Shown here piece by piece: positions 14,964 to 29,300 of a stretch of 64,000 nt of DNA (position 1 is the stretch's first letter; the number at the start of each line of letters is the position of its first letter). Source of the stretch: Lama guanicoe (Eukaryota); contig MU053629.1 of NCBI GenBank assembly GCA_013239625.1, forward strand, positions 96,676-160,675. Direction: 5' to 3'. A program made the translations under genes and the position numbers. Under the pieces are notes generated by a model that did no database searches, had not been told where the DNA came from, and saw only the letters and a program-made list of their open reading frames with translations.

Positions 14964-17328
14964 TTTAAAAATGGAGACCAAGAAGGAAAGAAGAGAAAAA
15001 CAGGGACTAAAAATTATTTGAAGAAATAATGGCTGAAACATCCAATATTTGGTAAATCTAAAGGTCAATTCTCAGTCCTCAGTTCAGTTGACCAGTCAGA
15101 TGCATCTGCAGTAGGTGACTACTCCCTGCTTCTGGAAATTCTTTCTCTTCTGACTCTGAGGTTATGTACTACATTCACAGAGCCTTCTACCTACATCTCT
15201 GGCACTCCCCCATGGTCACCACTGCTGGTTCTCACCTCTCTGACCTATGAACAATAGAATGCTTTGAGTTTTTGGAATCCTCTTCTCTAGCTACTTCTTA
15301 GGTGGTCTCATCCAACACCATGGCTTTAAATACCACCTATGTGCTGAACCCTTCTAAATTTATACATCCAGTACAGACTTCTCTTCGAAACTCCACATGC
15401 ATGTATCCAACTACATACTGCGTATCTCCATGTTAATGTTTAAAAGACAGCTAAAACTATCAGTCCCAAAATGAACTCCTGATCTTCTCTCATCTCATCC
15501 AAGCATGTCCCAGCAGGTCTTCTCTATCTCATCTCATGGCAACTCCATCCTTCCCAATTGCTCCAAGCCAAAAATTCCTAGAGTCACTTTCAACTTCTCT
15601 TGGAACCCATATCTAGTAAGACAGGAAATACTGGCTCTACCCTAAAGATCTATCCAAAATTTGACCCTTTCTCATCACCTCCACTGTAACCATTCTCAGC
15701 CAAGCTACCATTATCTCTCACTTCAAATATTTCAACAGCATTCTAACTGGTCTCTCCCTGTTTTCACCCTTGCTGTCCTCTATAGTGCTTTCAAAATAAC
15801 AGCCAGAGTAAACCGAAAACCTAAGTTGGATTATATCATTCTGTTCTCAAAAAGACTCCTTAAATCAGAATAAAAGCCAAAATCCACATGATTGCTTATA
15901 AGACCCTACAAAATCTGGCATCCTCCCCAACTCCCAAAACACCCGTCCCACTCCTCCGCTACCTTACTTCTCTGACCTCATTAACCACTACTCTCCCCCT
16001 CTCTCCCTACTCTACTTAATCAGCTCACTGAATGAGTCAGACATGCTCTACTCCAAAACCTTTCAGCTTGCTGTGTTATTTCTGTCTGGCGCACTCTTCC
16101 CTCAGGTATCTGACTCCCTCACCTTCTTCAGCTCTTTGCTGAAACGCATCCTTCTCAGTGAGGCTTTCCCTGTCTACTCTATCTGAAATCGGAACCCCCA
16201 TCAGCATCACTGCCTAGCTCCATACTCTCTACATTTCCTTCTACTGTGTTTGTATTTATGTTTTTGTTTATTATCCTTCTTCCTACTAGAATGTAAGGGG
16301 GCTTTGTCTGTTTTGTTCATTTCTGTATGCTAATGATGATGATGATGAAGCAAAAAAAAATCACTTGTTTAGTAATTACTATATGCCAGGCATGTAACAG
16401 TTTAAGTGGTTTACATGGTGTATCATACACTCTTCACAGTAACACTATGATGTAGGTACTATGAATTAATCCTACTTTGTAAATAAGGAAACTGAGTCAA
16501 GTTAAATATTTGTCAGCCCAAGGTCACCCAAGCAGCAGATGGCAGACCTGGAAATTAGAATCCACACCACCTGACTCTCAAGTCCATATGCTTAGCTGTA
16601 ATGCTAGTAATAGGCACTCAATGAGCATTTGCTAAGTAAATGAATGAACAAGTGCATATGCTTTAATCCCATCTAAAAATATGAGTATGTTTATAAAGAC
16701 TTCTGAATATAAGAAAGACTAAAAGAATATGCAGAATGGTATTAACAGAAGTTATCTTTAGTGTGTAAAACAACAGGTGCTTCTATTTTCTTTTTTTGTG
16801 GATCTATATTTTCTAACTTTACTATAATGAGTTTACTGGACTTGTAGTTTATTTTTTTAATTTGTTTTTATTGACATATAGTTGATTTACAATGTTGTGT
16901 TAGTTTCAGGTGTACAGCAAAGAATTAAGTCATTATATTTATATATATGTATTCTTTTCCAGATTCTTTTTCATTATAGGTTATTACAAGATATTGAATA
17001 TAGTTCCAGGTGCTGTACAGTACAGCCTCATTGTTTATCTATTTTATATATAGTAGTTTGTATCTGTTAATCCCAAATTCCCAATTTATCCCACCCCCAC
17101 TTTACCCTTTGGTACCATAGTTTGTTTTCAACATCTGTGAGTCTATTTCTAGTTTGTAAACAAATTCATTTGTATCATTTTTAATGGTTCACATATAAGT
17201 AATATCATATGATATTTGTCTTTCTCTGTCTGACTGATTTCATTTAATATGATAATCTCTAGGATCATCCATGTTGCTGCATATGGCACTATTTCATTCT
17301 TCTTTATGGCTGACTAATATTCCAGTGT

Positions 17329-17364
<36 letters not shown>

Positions 17365-20300
17365 ATATACCACAAAAAAAGTTTTTTTTCAGTTTCATAA
17401 AAAACTAAATATAGAGTTACCATATGATCCAGCAATCCCATTCTTGGATATATATCCAGAGAAAACTCTAATTCAAAAAGATACATGCACCCCAATGTTC
17501 ATAACAGCACTATTTACAATAGCCAGGACATGGAAGCAACCTAAATGTCCATCAACAGATGAATAGATAAAGAAGATGTGGTATGCAATTTATTTTTTAA
17601 TTACCAAAGAAGTCATGTTACAGAATGGTAGAAATGACATGAAACAATGAGGACAGGTACCAAGTAGGATAAATCAGCAATTATGAAACATTATAAACAG
17701 ACTGAGTCCAATTTTGGAAAAAAAGAAAAGAAGAAGGGGAGAAAGAGAAGAAGAGAGAGAGAGAAGTGGGGAGGGAGGGAGAAAAGAAGATGCGTGAAAA
17801 GCGGAAGGGAGGGAGGGACAGGAGATAAAAGAGAAAGAAATAGGGGATACAAAGCTTAAACAAGCAGGTATACATGCATGGAAGAAAAACTGGAAGTCTG
17901 TATTTCAAAATGTTAACAGTAGCATTCCATGTTGCTAGGATTATGGATGACTTTTCTTTTGGGGGGGTTATCATTTTTTTTGTTAAAAAATTAAAAAAAT
18001 TTCCCCATTCATATTAGTGGGCTTTTCCCCAATATTCCAATCTTTTTTCTCTTGAGACTAAATACATGAAAATTCAACCTTTATTCTCACTTGAGTAAAT
18101 TTCAACAACTTCCGAAGAAGCTTAGATTTCTTAATCCCAGGTTTAAAGGAGTAGCAGAAACATGTTTTAAACATAAAATCAGCTAATAAAAATGATTACC
18201 TCAACTTGTGCTTGTTGCCTTGCTAAAATTATGTTAAAAACATCCAGAGACTTCTCCAAATCCTATAAAACAAAGAGATACTTATAAACAAGGAAAACAG
18301 TCAATAGTTAAAAATTTTTTAATTCTGATTTCTAGGCTTATTCTAATCCATGAACAAATAGTATTTGTGATCTAATGAAAATATAAGTATAAATTTGTAC
18401 ACTTGGTTTTTACATTTTTAACTTTTGCAATGTGAGAAATAATTTTCTGAGAAAGTAAATCTTTGTTCAATACAATGCAAAAAGCAGAATTTTAATGAGA
18501 CCACTGTAATATACCGATAGCCATATACACAAATAGAAACAATAATATTTGGGAGGGAAGCCTGTTATACGTGTTACCTTTATGATTGGTACTTCTGATG
18601 CCCTCTATTACATGTTATACTACAATCACTGCACTATAGGCACCACGACAAAACACAAAATTCAAGAAAGTAAAATTCTCCAAATCAAGTAGACTAAAGC
18701 AAAAATGTACTGGGTGACCTGTGCCCCACGAGCTCTATGTGTTATTTCAAGTAATTCTCACAACTCTGTAAGACAGATACTGTTTCCTTTTTACACATGA
18801 GAACATCAAACCTGAGATGCTTAGTAACCTCTAATACATAATCCTAGTGACAGTCACGTATTTCAGAATGATAGGAAATCAAATAATTCTTTACATTATG
18901 AATTTGAGGAAAAAATAGTTATTTAATCAAGATCAAATGATATTAAGCAAATTACATATTCAGTGTAGTGTTTTTCTTTAGTTCATAAGAGGGGTAAATA
19001 AGACTCCTATCCTGAGGAATAAGAGCTATTTTTTACAAACAATACTGTGAACTCTTAAAAAGTAACTTAACAAAACCAACAATACACATTCAGCTAATAA
19101 TAAACATATCTGAACAGCTCTGATACTGATTTTCTAAACATTATTATATTATATATAAATGTTATGTTATAACATTTATTATAAAAACCAAATACATTTT
19201 TCCAAATAGCTTATAGTTACCTTATTTTATCCAACATTAGAATGGGAGGAAAAGGCTTTTATAAAGAGGAAAAAAATGGGAAAAAATATTCTGCATTTTC
19301 TATAAAATTCTCTCACAAAGAGCTCAGTGTTGTTCTAAAATTATATTTTAATTTAAATTAAATTTAGAAGAATTAACATTAAAGGATGATTTAACAAATA
19401 ACAGTTTTCATCAATATATGCAAGGTATACCTGAATTTGTTTCTGTATTTCTTCTGGGACTTTAGATTGGGTTAGCTTATTTTTGTAGGCATTTTTGTAA
19501 CTCTTGAGCAATTGCCTGTGCTTTTTTATGTTACTCCATGACCACATTTGTGTATATCGTCTTATATGAACTTCAAGAACAGAATCAATTGCATATTTCC
19601 ACCTGCAAATCAAATTTTGTTAGTGCACATTTGAATGTAAATGTTTAAGAAAAAGCAAGAAAACTGCTTTGACATTTTACATCTACATTGCTTTTGTTCT
19701 TATTAACTATATTCCTACAAAAGCTCAGTAATAATATTTCAATTTCCCAGTACAATTCACTGACTTAAACAGATTATGAAATGGCAAACGACTCCAGAAG
19801 AGGGTATGCCAAAGCAAAATCATAAAGATACAAAATGACATACTGTGTGAAATTAATAGTATCCCAGTATGGTTATAACATTGAGTCCATGTGCATGAAC
19901 AAAGGGCAATAAGATTAGAAAGTACTGAAAGTCTGAATGCTAAGTTAAGAATTTGGGAATAATCTAGGAGCAAGAGTACAAGAGAATGTGTTTATGAAAA
20001 AAGTAACAAGGACATAATATAAGAGATACCCTTTTCATGTCTGTAAAAAAAAGTAGCTTCATTACATGGTTTTAAAGGCCTCTTAGCTCTGAGAGTCCCT
20101 AACTATATGATTACATGGTTCTCACAAATCATCTTTTAAAAATTCCAACTTACCATTTTCGACTATTGGTATGAAGTGGTAAGTAAGGCTTATATTTTCT
20201 GTAAGGAGCATTTCTAACCATATAATCCACTGACTCCAACAGGTCAATCATACTTAAGTACTATTAAAACAAAAACCAAGTTACATATATTACATTGCAC

Positions 20301-23300
20301 ACATGAATAAGCACCAAATTTCATTATATTTTCAGTCTAGTCATACTTCAAATTCCCTGGTAATTCTATCATATATTTTAGCAAATTTAAGACACCACCA
20401 ATTATAAGCTGTAAGATAATTTTTAAGTTCTACCTCAAAAGAAAACAGTGTTATCAATTAAACTGTCATATCACCAATAATAATATACATTCTATTTTCA
20501 AATATGTTAACATGTAAAATAAATGCACATCTTAGAACCAATGAAATATCTGTTAACTACTGACATGGAAAATGCTTATTTCTAAAACTACGTATTTTCC
20601 TCTGGACCATCATTTCAAGCTGTGGCTATCTCTAAGAGCTGAAAATTATTCAGCTCCAGAAAATTATTGCATAACTATAGCAAGATGAAGCTATTTAATC
20701 ACCCATCTTATCATATATACAACAAGCCTGAGTGTATCTAAGAGTAAACAACTCAAATGGAGGGAAACACACACACGACTACAGGTAAGATAAAGAAAGG
20801 GGAAGTCTAGCCTCTTCCTCTCCATTTTTCTTAACACAGTTCTACATAAGAGTTACTGTGTGGTTGCTCAGTACTTGAAATACGGTGGAGAGTCTTATCT
20901 TAAATGTATCTGTAAGTATTAAATATACCCCAGATTTTTTAGATGTAAGGAAAAATAAAAAGATATAAAATATCTTAACAATTTTTAATTTTAATTGTAT
21001 GCTGAAATGATAATGTTTTGGATATTTTAAATGTTATTAATTTTAACAATTTCCATTTTTCTTTTTACTTTATTACTATGGCTACTAGAAAATTTAAAAC
21101 TACATATATGATTTGCATTACATTTGTATTGGACTTCAGGGGGCTAAAAGCTTAATTCGCTAAATCCCCCGTCTGGCTTTCACTTCCAGTTCTCCAGATG
21201 TGTTATCCAAACTCCTCACACATATAACCAAACTTGAGAAACAAATGAAGGAAAAAAAGCTGCCAACATAGATAGTTGTTCTAAAATTTAAGTGAACAAT
21301 ATTCAACATAAAATTTGAGGAAGAAAAAAACTATTAAAATCCTCCATCAACAAACGGGAATTAAATGGGAATCATGTCATTCACTATAATCTGATTAGAT
21401 TTTCCACCAACAATGCAAATATCAGATAAAATGAAGGAAAACTATTTCTTAAACTTGGTATTTATTTTCTTTCAAAATCACATATGTATCTATTTTTAGG
21501 AGTCGAATCTCAACACAACAAACCAAAAGAACCACCAAAGCACTGGAGAAGGAATAATCACATGGGACAAAAGCTGTTGAGATTCAAGGCTAATCAAAGC
21601 TATGAACGTCCAAATGAATCTTACCTGAGGTTTGGTCAGTTCAATGGCGATATTTTGTACTTCTATGTTCCAATCGAGTTTAGGTGTTCTGAGCTCTGTT
21701 TCTGCGTAAGGATTCATGTAGAGTTTTGCAGAGGCTGATATTGGCTGGAAAACTTATACCACATGGGAAGACATAAGATACGTTTATATGCCCTTACATA
21801 TGAACATATGTAAATAATTACGAGAACACTGTTACTCTGAAGGTAAAGAAAAATGATCAAAAACACGTCAAAAAATGTTAACAAAAACACTACCCAAAAC
21901 TATTTAAGCATCTATTTATGTGCATAATACTAACTGTCAAACTCAATGGTAAAAGTGGAATCTCCAAGGAGTAAATTGGTGTTCTATGCTTCTAAGTATG
22001 AAATGTACAAAATACAGACAATCTAATCCTGATTATTCTCAGTCTGTGTAAAATTAATGCTTCTCTTCCTTGCTACAAGACATTACTGCTTTTATTATTC
22101 ATGAAAAATGCTAATGCAAGGTAGGAAACAAAATTTAATTTCTGTCTTATTTAATCACTGTCAGAATTTAGGAACAGAATCATGAATGAAATTCATATTA
22201 CCCATTAAAAAAATTGCCTACTACTTTGCAATTTTCAATGATCATTACATGTATAATCTTAGACTCAACTGAAGACAATATTCTTAAAGTTGAAAAGTAG
22301 TATGAAAAAGTGTATTAGGGAAGATGACAGAGTAAAGTAATGTAATAAATTTTAATTGTGAATAGTATTAAAATTATATAAATTGTGATACCTTACAGTA
22401 TTTACAACTTGCGTAAGATTGTATAAAAAGTTTTAACTTATTTAGAGGTTACTTATACTGAATATGCCTAAGAATAAAGTCATATACTTTTCTGAACAAG
22501 TTCTTTCATGAATGAAACTAAATGCTCTAAACCAGCAGCCTCTGAAAGCTTTGTCACATAGAGGTCTGTGGACATAAAGAGCAAGTGCCAACCTCACATA
22601 ATGGCCATTAGCTATGAAAGAATAAAAAGAAAACAGTGAACCAGAGTAGCAATGGAAGAACATGGGCATGAAAGCTGCGAACAAACCTAAAGAGCTACAT
22701 TAAAGCAAAAGGATCGCATCTTTAGAACGAAAATGAAATAGAAAAAATGAGATAAAGAAATAAATATGCAGGCAACTTTGTTAGAGATCTATTTTAAAAT
22801 AAATAAAGGTGAGGCTGCCAAGAAATAGAAAGGCTCACTTTAAAGAGAAGATCTCTGGAGAAATTCAAATCAAAACAGCAATGAGAAAGCCCCTCATACC
22901 TGTCAGAATGGCTATCAACAAAAATCTACAAATAAGAAATGCTGGGGAGGATGTGGAGAAAAGGCAAACTTTGGGCACTGCTGGTGGGAAACGTAAATTG
23001 GTACAGCCAGTATGGAAAACAGTATGGAGACTCCTCAAAAAAACAAAAATAGAACTACCATGTGATCCAGCAATTCCACTCCTGGGTACAAATTCTGAAA
23101 AAATGAAAACACTAATTCAAAAAGATACATGCACCCCAATGTTCGCAGAAGTACTATTTATAATAGCCAAGACTTGGAAGCAACCCAAGAGCCCATCAAC
23201 AGACAACTGGATTAAGAAGGTGGGGTGTGCATATATAATGGATTATGACCCAGCCTGAAAAACAATGGAAAACCGTCATTTGCAGCACCATGGATGGACC

Positions 23301-26300
23301 TAGACTATATCACACTAAGTGAAGTTAAACAGAGAAAGACAAGTATTATACGGTATCACTTACATGTGAAATATAAAAAAAATACAAATGAATGTATATA
23401 TAAAACAAAAACAGACTCACAGATACAGAAAACAAACTTGCGGTTACCAAAGGGGAGAGGAGGGACAGAGGGACAAATGAGGGGTATGAGGTGAAGAGGC
23501 CCAAACTGCTATACATAAAATAGACAAGCAAGAAGGATTTACGTACAGCAGAGGGAATTATACCCAGTAACTTATAGTAAAGTATCACAGTATAATCAGT
23601 AAAAACACAGAATCACTCTGCTGCACACCTGAAACTAACATAATACTGTAAATCAACTATACTTCTTAAAAAAAAAATGCTTAGAGTGGTCAATTTGTCT
23701 CAATACTGCAACATAACACGCTCACAGTGACCTGAATACCAAGATCTCAGAGATTTAGTTCTTAAGCAAAAAAAAATCTAATTTCTAAAACAAAGTAAAT
23801 AACAAGGTAAGAAGAAAACATGGAGGTCAAGGGGCTTAGCTGTTGGAAATGAACTACAGCCATACTGCCCTTCTCTCTCTTACTCTCCAGGAGTGTATGA
23901 GTTATAATCTATTTCTAAATTCTGTGTAATAGCCCAATATGCTGTATCATAAAACTAAGTTATAAAATTAATACTTTCTCCTTGCCAAAGTAAGTTTATC
24001 TGAAAAAGTATATTATAATAAACTATTTAATTCCATGCTTCCTATAACATGAAATAAGATTGATCACTACTTACTGTATTGATGGGATGGGGGTATACTG
24101 CTACTCTTAAGAATTTCACTTTTCAGCTGATCCTAAATAAAAAATTTGAATTACATGCGAATGAGAAAGAAAATGCACACAAATTCAGCAACACAAACAA
24201 AAAAAATTTGGTTCTTAAATCAGTATCTTTATTCCCATCTTCATAATTAGTAGTCTGTAAGAAACACACAGAGCATTATTTACAAATATGTCTTAGAATA
24301 AATATAGTAGATAATTTTTATAAATTCTAAATACCTAGAAACAACACTATAATACTGTGTTCCCCTCTCACTTAAGGTATGTGTATGTGTATGTATGTGC
24401 GTGTGTGTACACATCCATGAATTAGGATCTCAAATATTTTCTAGACAATGGCACATTATTTCTTACAGTATCTTTCTGAGAAATAAAAGAATCTTTGAAT
24501 TAATTCAGTTCAGAAAATTCAACTGTTCTTCCTTTTTCCTCTAAGTAATAAACATGACTAAAACTGGCTTAGCACACTTAGTTTTTAATTAATTGTTCAC
24601 TACTCGAGAATGCATCATCACAAATGCTTAGAACATTTAGTAAGAAAGCATTTTTTAGATCTGAAAGGTATCATCTTTCTTTACCATACTCTTCAAGTAA
24701 TCATTCTCATATGAAACTCCACAATGAAGCTGAATGGCATCAAAACGAGAGTGTAAAAAACCATAAACAGTTTTAATTTAACAGTATAGGTTCTCATCTC
24801 ACTGTCTGGTGAAAGATTTCACAAAAATCTTCAAAAGCAAAAGTGCTTTTTTAAAGACAGCATGAATTCCAAAAACTATGCTGCCCATTTCTCATTTAGT
24901 TACATATAACTTAAACAAAAGACTGATCTGTCCTCATTAAGGACCTCTTATGTAAAACAAATTTAGGGAATACAGTTAGCTTTTCCAGGTATAAACTGAA
25001 ATTACCAAGATCTGTTCCCTTGATCCCTGGTAAGACATTCTGCAGTTAACATTCCAGTAGGCACTGAGACTATCAAGTCGTATAAGCTATAAAAGAAAAA
25101 TGGAAAAGGTCAAATAACTAACACATTGAAATTATGAATTCATATTAAAAGATTGTCATAAATTTCTGTTATTTTAACCCACCAAGTTGTGGTAATGTGT
25201 TATGGAAGCCTAGGAAACTCATACAGGTACATTTTAAGAACTATTTCAAGGGATGGTGGAGAATAAATTAAGAGTATGGGATTAACAGATACACACTAGT
25301 ATATATATAAAATAGATACACAACAAGGATTCACTAGAAAAAAATGTGACAATGAGTGTGTATATGTCCATGAATGACTGAAAAATTGTGCTGAACACTG
25401 GAATTTGACACAACATTGTAAAGTGATTATAAATCAATAAAAAATGTTTAAAAAAAAACAAGGATTCACTGTATAGCACAGGGAACCATATTCAGTATCT
25501 TGTAATAACCTATAATGGAAAAGAATCTGGGAAAAATATATATACAGTGGTTAACATCTGCTATATATAAAAATAGATTAAAAAACAAATTTCTTCCATA
25601 TAGCATAGGAAACTATATTCAGTATCTTGTAATAACCTTTGATGAGAAAGAATATGAAAACAAATATATGTACACATATGCACAATTGGGAGATTATGCT
25701 GTACACCAGAAACTGACACATTGTAACTGACTATATGTCAATTAAAAAAAAATACACGTAACTGAATCACCCACTGTATACCTAAAACTAACACGATAGT
25801 GTAAATCAACTATACTTCACTAAAACAATTAATAAATAAAATACATTATAAAAATTTTTTTAAAAAGATCATCATGTTCACGACCCAAAAAACTTTCCAA
25901 TTGCCATTTTGAGCTTTCAGAGGAAAGAAGATAATACAAAAATGGAAGAAAATATATCTACGTTATTCGAAGACTTTATTATTAATCTAGTATTTGCTAA
26001 ATTGTGCTTCCAGGAACTCTATTCCCAAGGGGATTCATTCATTCGATAATCAAACATTTATTGAGAATTTAGTATTTAACAGACCCTGCAAACGTTTCGC
26101 TGAGTAAGAAAGACATGATTCCTCCAGTGGATACAAATGGCTGTTTCAACGGAGGGGTGAAGGGAGAGCATTCTATGATCAGCAATGTGGGGAAAGCTAC
26201 AAACTAAATATCCCTCTGGAAGACACACAATGTTTATTAGCATATTTAAAGTATTGTGATGTCCTGTAGGTAAAAGCAAAATAAAGCATACCTGTTTAGC

Positions 26301-29300
26301 TTTGTACTTTAGTCAGTAATCTTACGTGACTGGCGAATATTTTTTCCAACAAATCTAATAATATGCCAATTACCTAATGGTTCATGAATTACAATATGGG
26401 AAATATTTATTTTATTCAGTTTCTTTATACTCTTGGTTAAGAATCTACACCTCAGAACAGGTAAATGATTACAGAAGGTCACACAGTGAGTAGCAAAGCC
26501 AAAACTAGATCCTCAACTGTTAACTCACATTCAGTGGCATATTCTGCTCCATCAAGGTTTCATCAAGAAAATACATTAACTGTTTGTTCCTAGGAAAATA
26601 CCTATATTAAAAAGTCTAGTTTAATACCTTGTATATAATTTTTTCTGCTTCATTTAATATGCACGGAGTCCAGTGTTCATTTGCAGTCTAAAAGAAAAAA
26701 GACAGTAACTGTGAAATGAAGTCTACATACCACAAAATCGTGCTCTAATATTTGTAAACCGTAACAAAATAACTTAGGAATAAAAAGACATCTAGTTAAC
26801 ATTGGCTAATGTTAGCTATCTGCTTCTTTACATATTTATATGGCAAAATCAAAGGAATAGTGAAAATAGAATTTAGGAGGTTCTAATTTACCTGAATTCA
26901 TTCATTTAGAAAATAATTACTGAGCTACTATGCGTCTGAACTGGGTATGAATAAAAACAGAGAGCTGGCCTACAAGCTACTGAAGAAGGCCCACATTGTT
27001 TAAAAAGAAAAAAATCAAATAAATGATTATTGCAAAGTAGGACGAGAGCCAAGAGAATGTGAAAATCACAGCATGACCATGTTTCTAGAAAGTCAGTATG
27101 GTCAGCAATGCCAGGAGCTGCTGTGAGAGAAACCAAAACGTATTTAAGTGGCCGGGGCATCACTGATGAACTTGTTAAGAACAGTTTCAGGGGAGCTGCA
27201 GAGTAAGAGCAGAGGGGGCAGGGAGTTATGGGGTTGGGGGGGAATAAAGATAGCAAAGGTAGAGAATCCTCTCAAAAGCGGAGTTACAAAGAAGGAGAAG
27301 GCAGTAGTTAGATGGGACCTGGGTGGAGTAGGAGAAGGTTAAGGAGAGGCTTTTTAACTTTAATGGAAGGGAGAGACTTCAATGTGTTTAAACACTTGCA
27401 GGAAGGAGTGGGCAGAGGAAGAAGAGGAGTTGAAGATTTAGGAAAGAGAAGGAAATTGACAGAAATAAGGAAGGAAGGGCAAAGGGTAGGAAGGAGTGAG
27501 AGACAAAGGGGAAAAAAGGCTCCTGAGGACATGGGAGAGGACGGGATCCAGCTCAGAGGTGAGCACATTGCCTCAGGTATTCAGGTTAGTTTCGAATGGG
27601 AAAGATGGAAGAAAGGAATGGTATACATACAGAAAGAGACGCTTGCTATGACGGTTGTTACAACAGCCAGTGTGGTAGTTGAAGCAGGAATTGAGCCAAT
27701 GTGCCAAACGCTTTACACAAATGATCTGATTTAATCATCACAGAAACACTGAAATATACATACTACTGTATCGGTGAATGAATGAAGGTTAGACAGAAGG
27801 AGACCACATGGTAACCAGGAGAGTAATAAGTCACAGCTGCTTTGATAAAATGTAACAGGGAGCAAAAAAGAAGGAATGGTAAATTCCAAGAGGGAAGTAA
27901 AAAAGGAATAAGAAAGACAAGGTAGTCTCTCAAGGAAATATTAAAACCTGAATAGAACCACCAGGCAGACTAAGAGAAGAGAATAATACAGACAAAGAAA
28001 CAGCATGAAGAGTCTGAGCAAAGAAACAGAGGATAAACAACAGCACACACGCAGGGCACCGTGCGCCACTCCCACCCACCAGCACGCCTGTCACCTGTTG
28101 GTGGGAGGTTCATGACTATTCTGTATTTTCTGTTTGGTCTGCTAGAAACTCAGCATTCAATACTGAGTTCACTTATGACTAATACTGGTAGTCTACTTCT
28201 TCTGGAACAATTATCTCTCTACCTTTCAGAACACAGATTTTGGTCTCTTTAAAAGTGTTACAGTACTGCTTCTTCAAATTCTCTTGGGAAACAAGCAGAG
28301 GATAAAAAGCATATTAAACACTCGCCTCCTTGACCCCCTTTCCTTTGTTTCTCCAGTGTTTTTCTTTAATCTTTCTGCTATGATCTTCACGTGTATCTCT
28401 ACTTCTCTGTGTGCATGTGTCATTCTCCATGTAACAATGTCCTTTTTTGGCTTCTTTAGTAGTTTCCTTCTCCTCCATTTTTCCTTTGTCTTCCCTCCCT
28501 ATCAAGGGTGTCTCCATATAACTAATCATGAGGTAGACACATACCCAGTATGATTTACTATTTGCTGTCCTTAACTTTAAAACATGTTTCCTACACTCAG
28601 TTGTTCACAGTAGAAAAAATGTCCAATCTGGATGTGGATATATACAGTCTATATTCTTAAAGAGAAAAACCAAACTGCATATAAAATACTTAATCAAAAT
28701 AAGTTTCTTATGTACATCTCAATGTAATAAACACACATACACATACATATAAACAGATACACATGTACAAACTATTTGGAAGTTATACCAAGGACAAGAA
28801 CATGGCTCTGTAGAAATTTATCTTCCCCTACTTAACTACACGTTGCAGATACAGCTTTTGATGCTTTCAAGTCATTTCCTCTTGATATTTTGATATTTGT
28901 TAAATTTAAAGACAAATCAAAATAATTAGAGAATATAATTAAAGTATCACTAAAAATTGTGAACTTCTAGAAAAGCTGTAGAAAGATTATACACAAAAAT
29001 AAAAGAGCTATTTGTAGCAATAACTGATTTTAGGAAATTCACCCTGTGACTTGAGAATAATATTTTACAGGTTCCACAGAAATGTTAAATAAGGCCAACA
29101 TTACCAATAGACTAAGTTCTCCCAGAGTGACACCAAATGAAAGAGGCCGCTTTGGATCCGTGACCTATCAAAGAGAAAAGGCTGACATTAAATTATATTG
29201 ATGGTGAGGGTGACTCCACTCTACACCCTACAATAGGCAACAGAGGACAGTAAGTTTACAAGTAAGTCACACAACCCAAATAGATCCATGGAGAAGAATG

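Noticed and set aside
19150..21815. AT-rich short palindromes (~19156-19180 and 21794-21813)
   Set aside because: Stems of 9-11 bp are expected in sequence this AT-rich.
22809..23258. 149-aa ORF and similar ORFs at 9872, 17327 and 31863-32779
   Set aside because: Degenerate LINE-1 ORF2 sequence or its antisense, not host genes.
27148..28553. Purine-rich ORFs (e.g. 27312-27734, 28314-28529) as a possible processed pseudogene
   Set aside because: No recognisable protein, poly(A) tail or TSD; looks like L2/MIR remnants and compositional bias.
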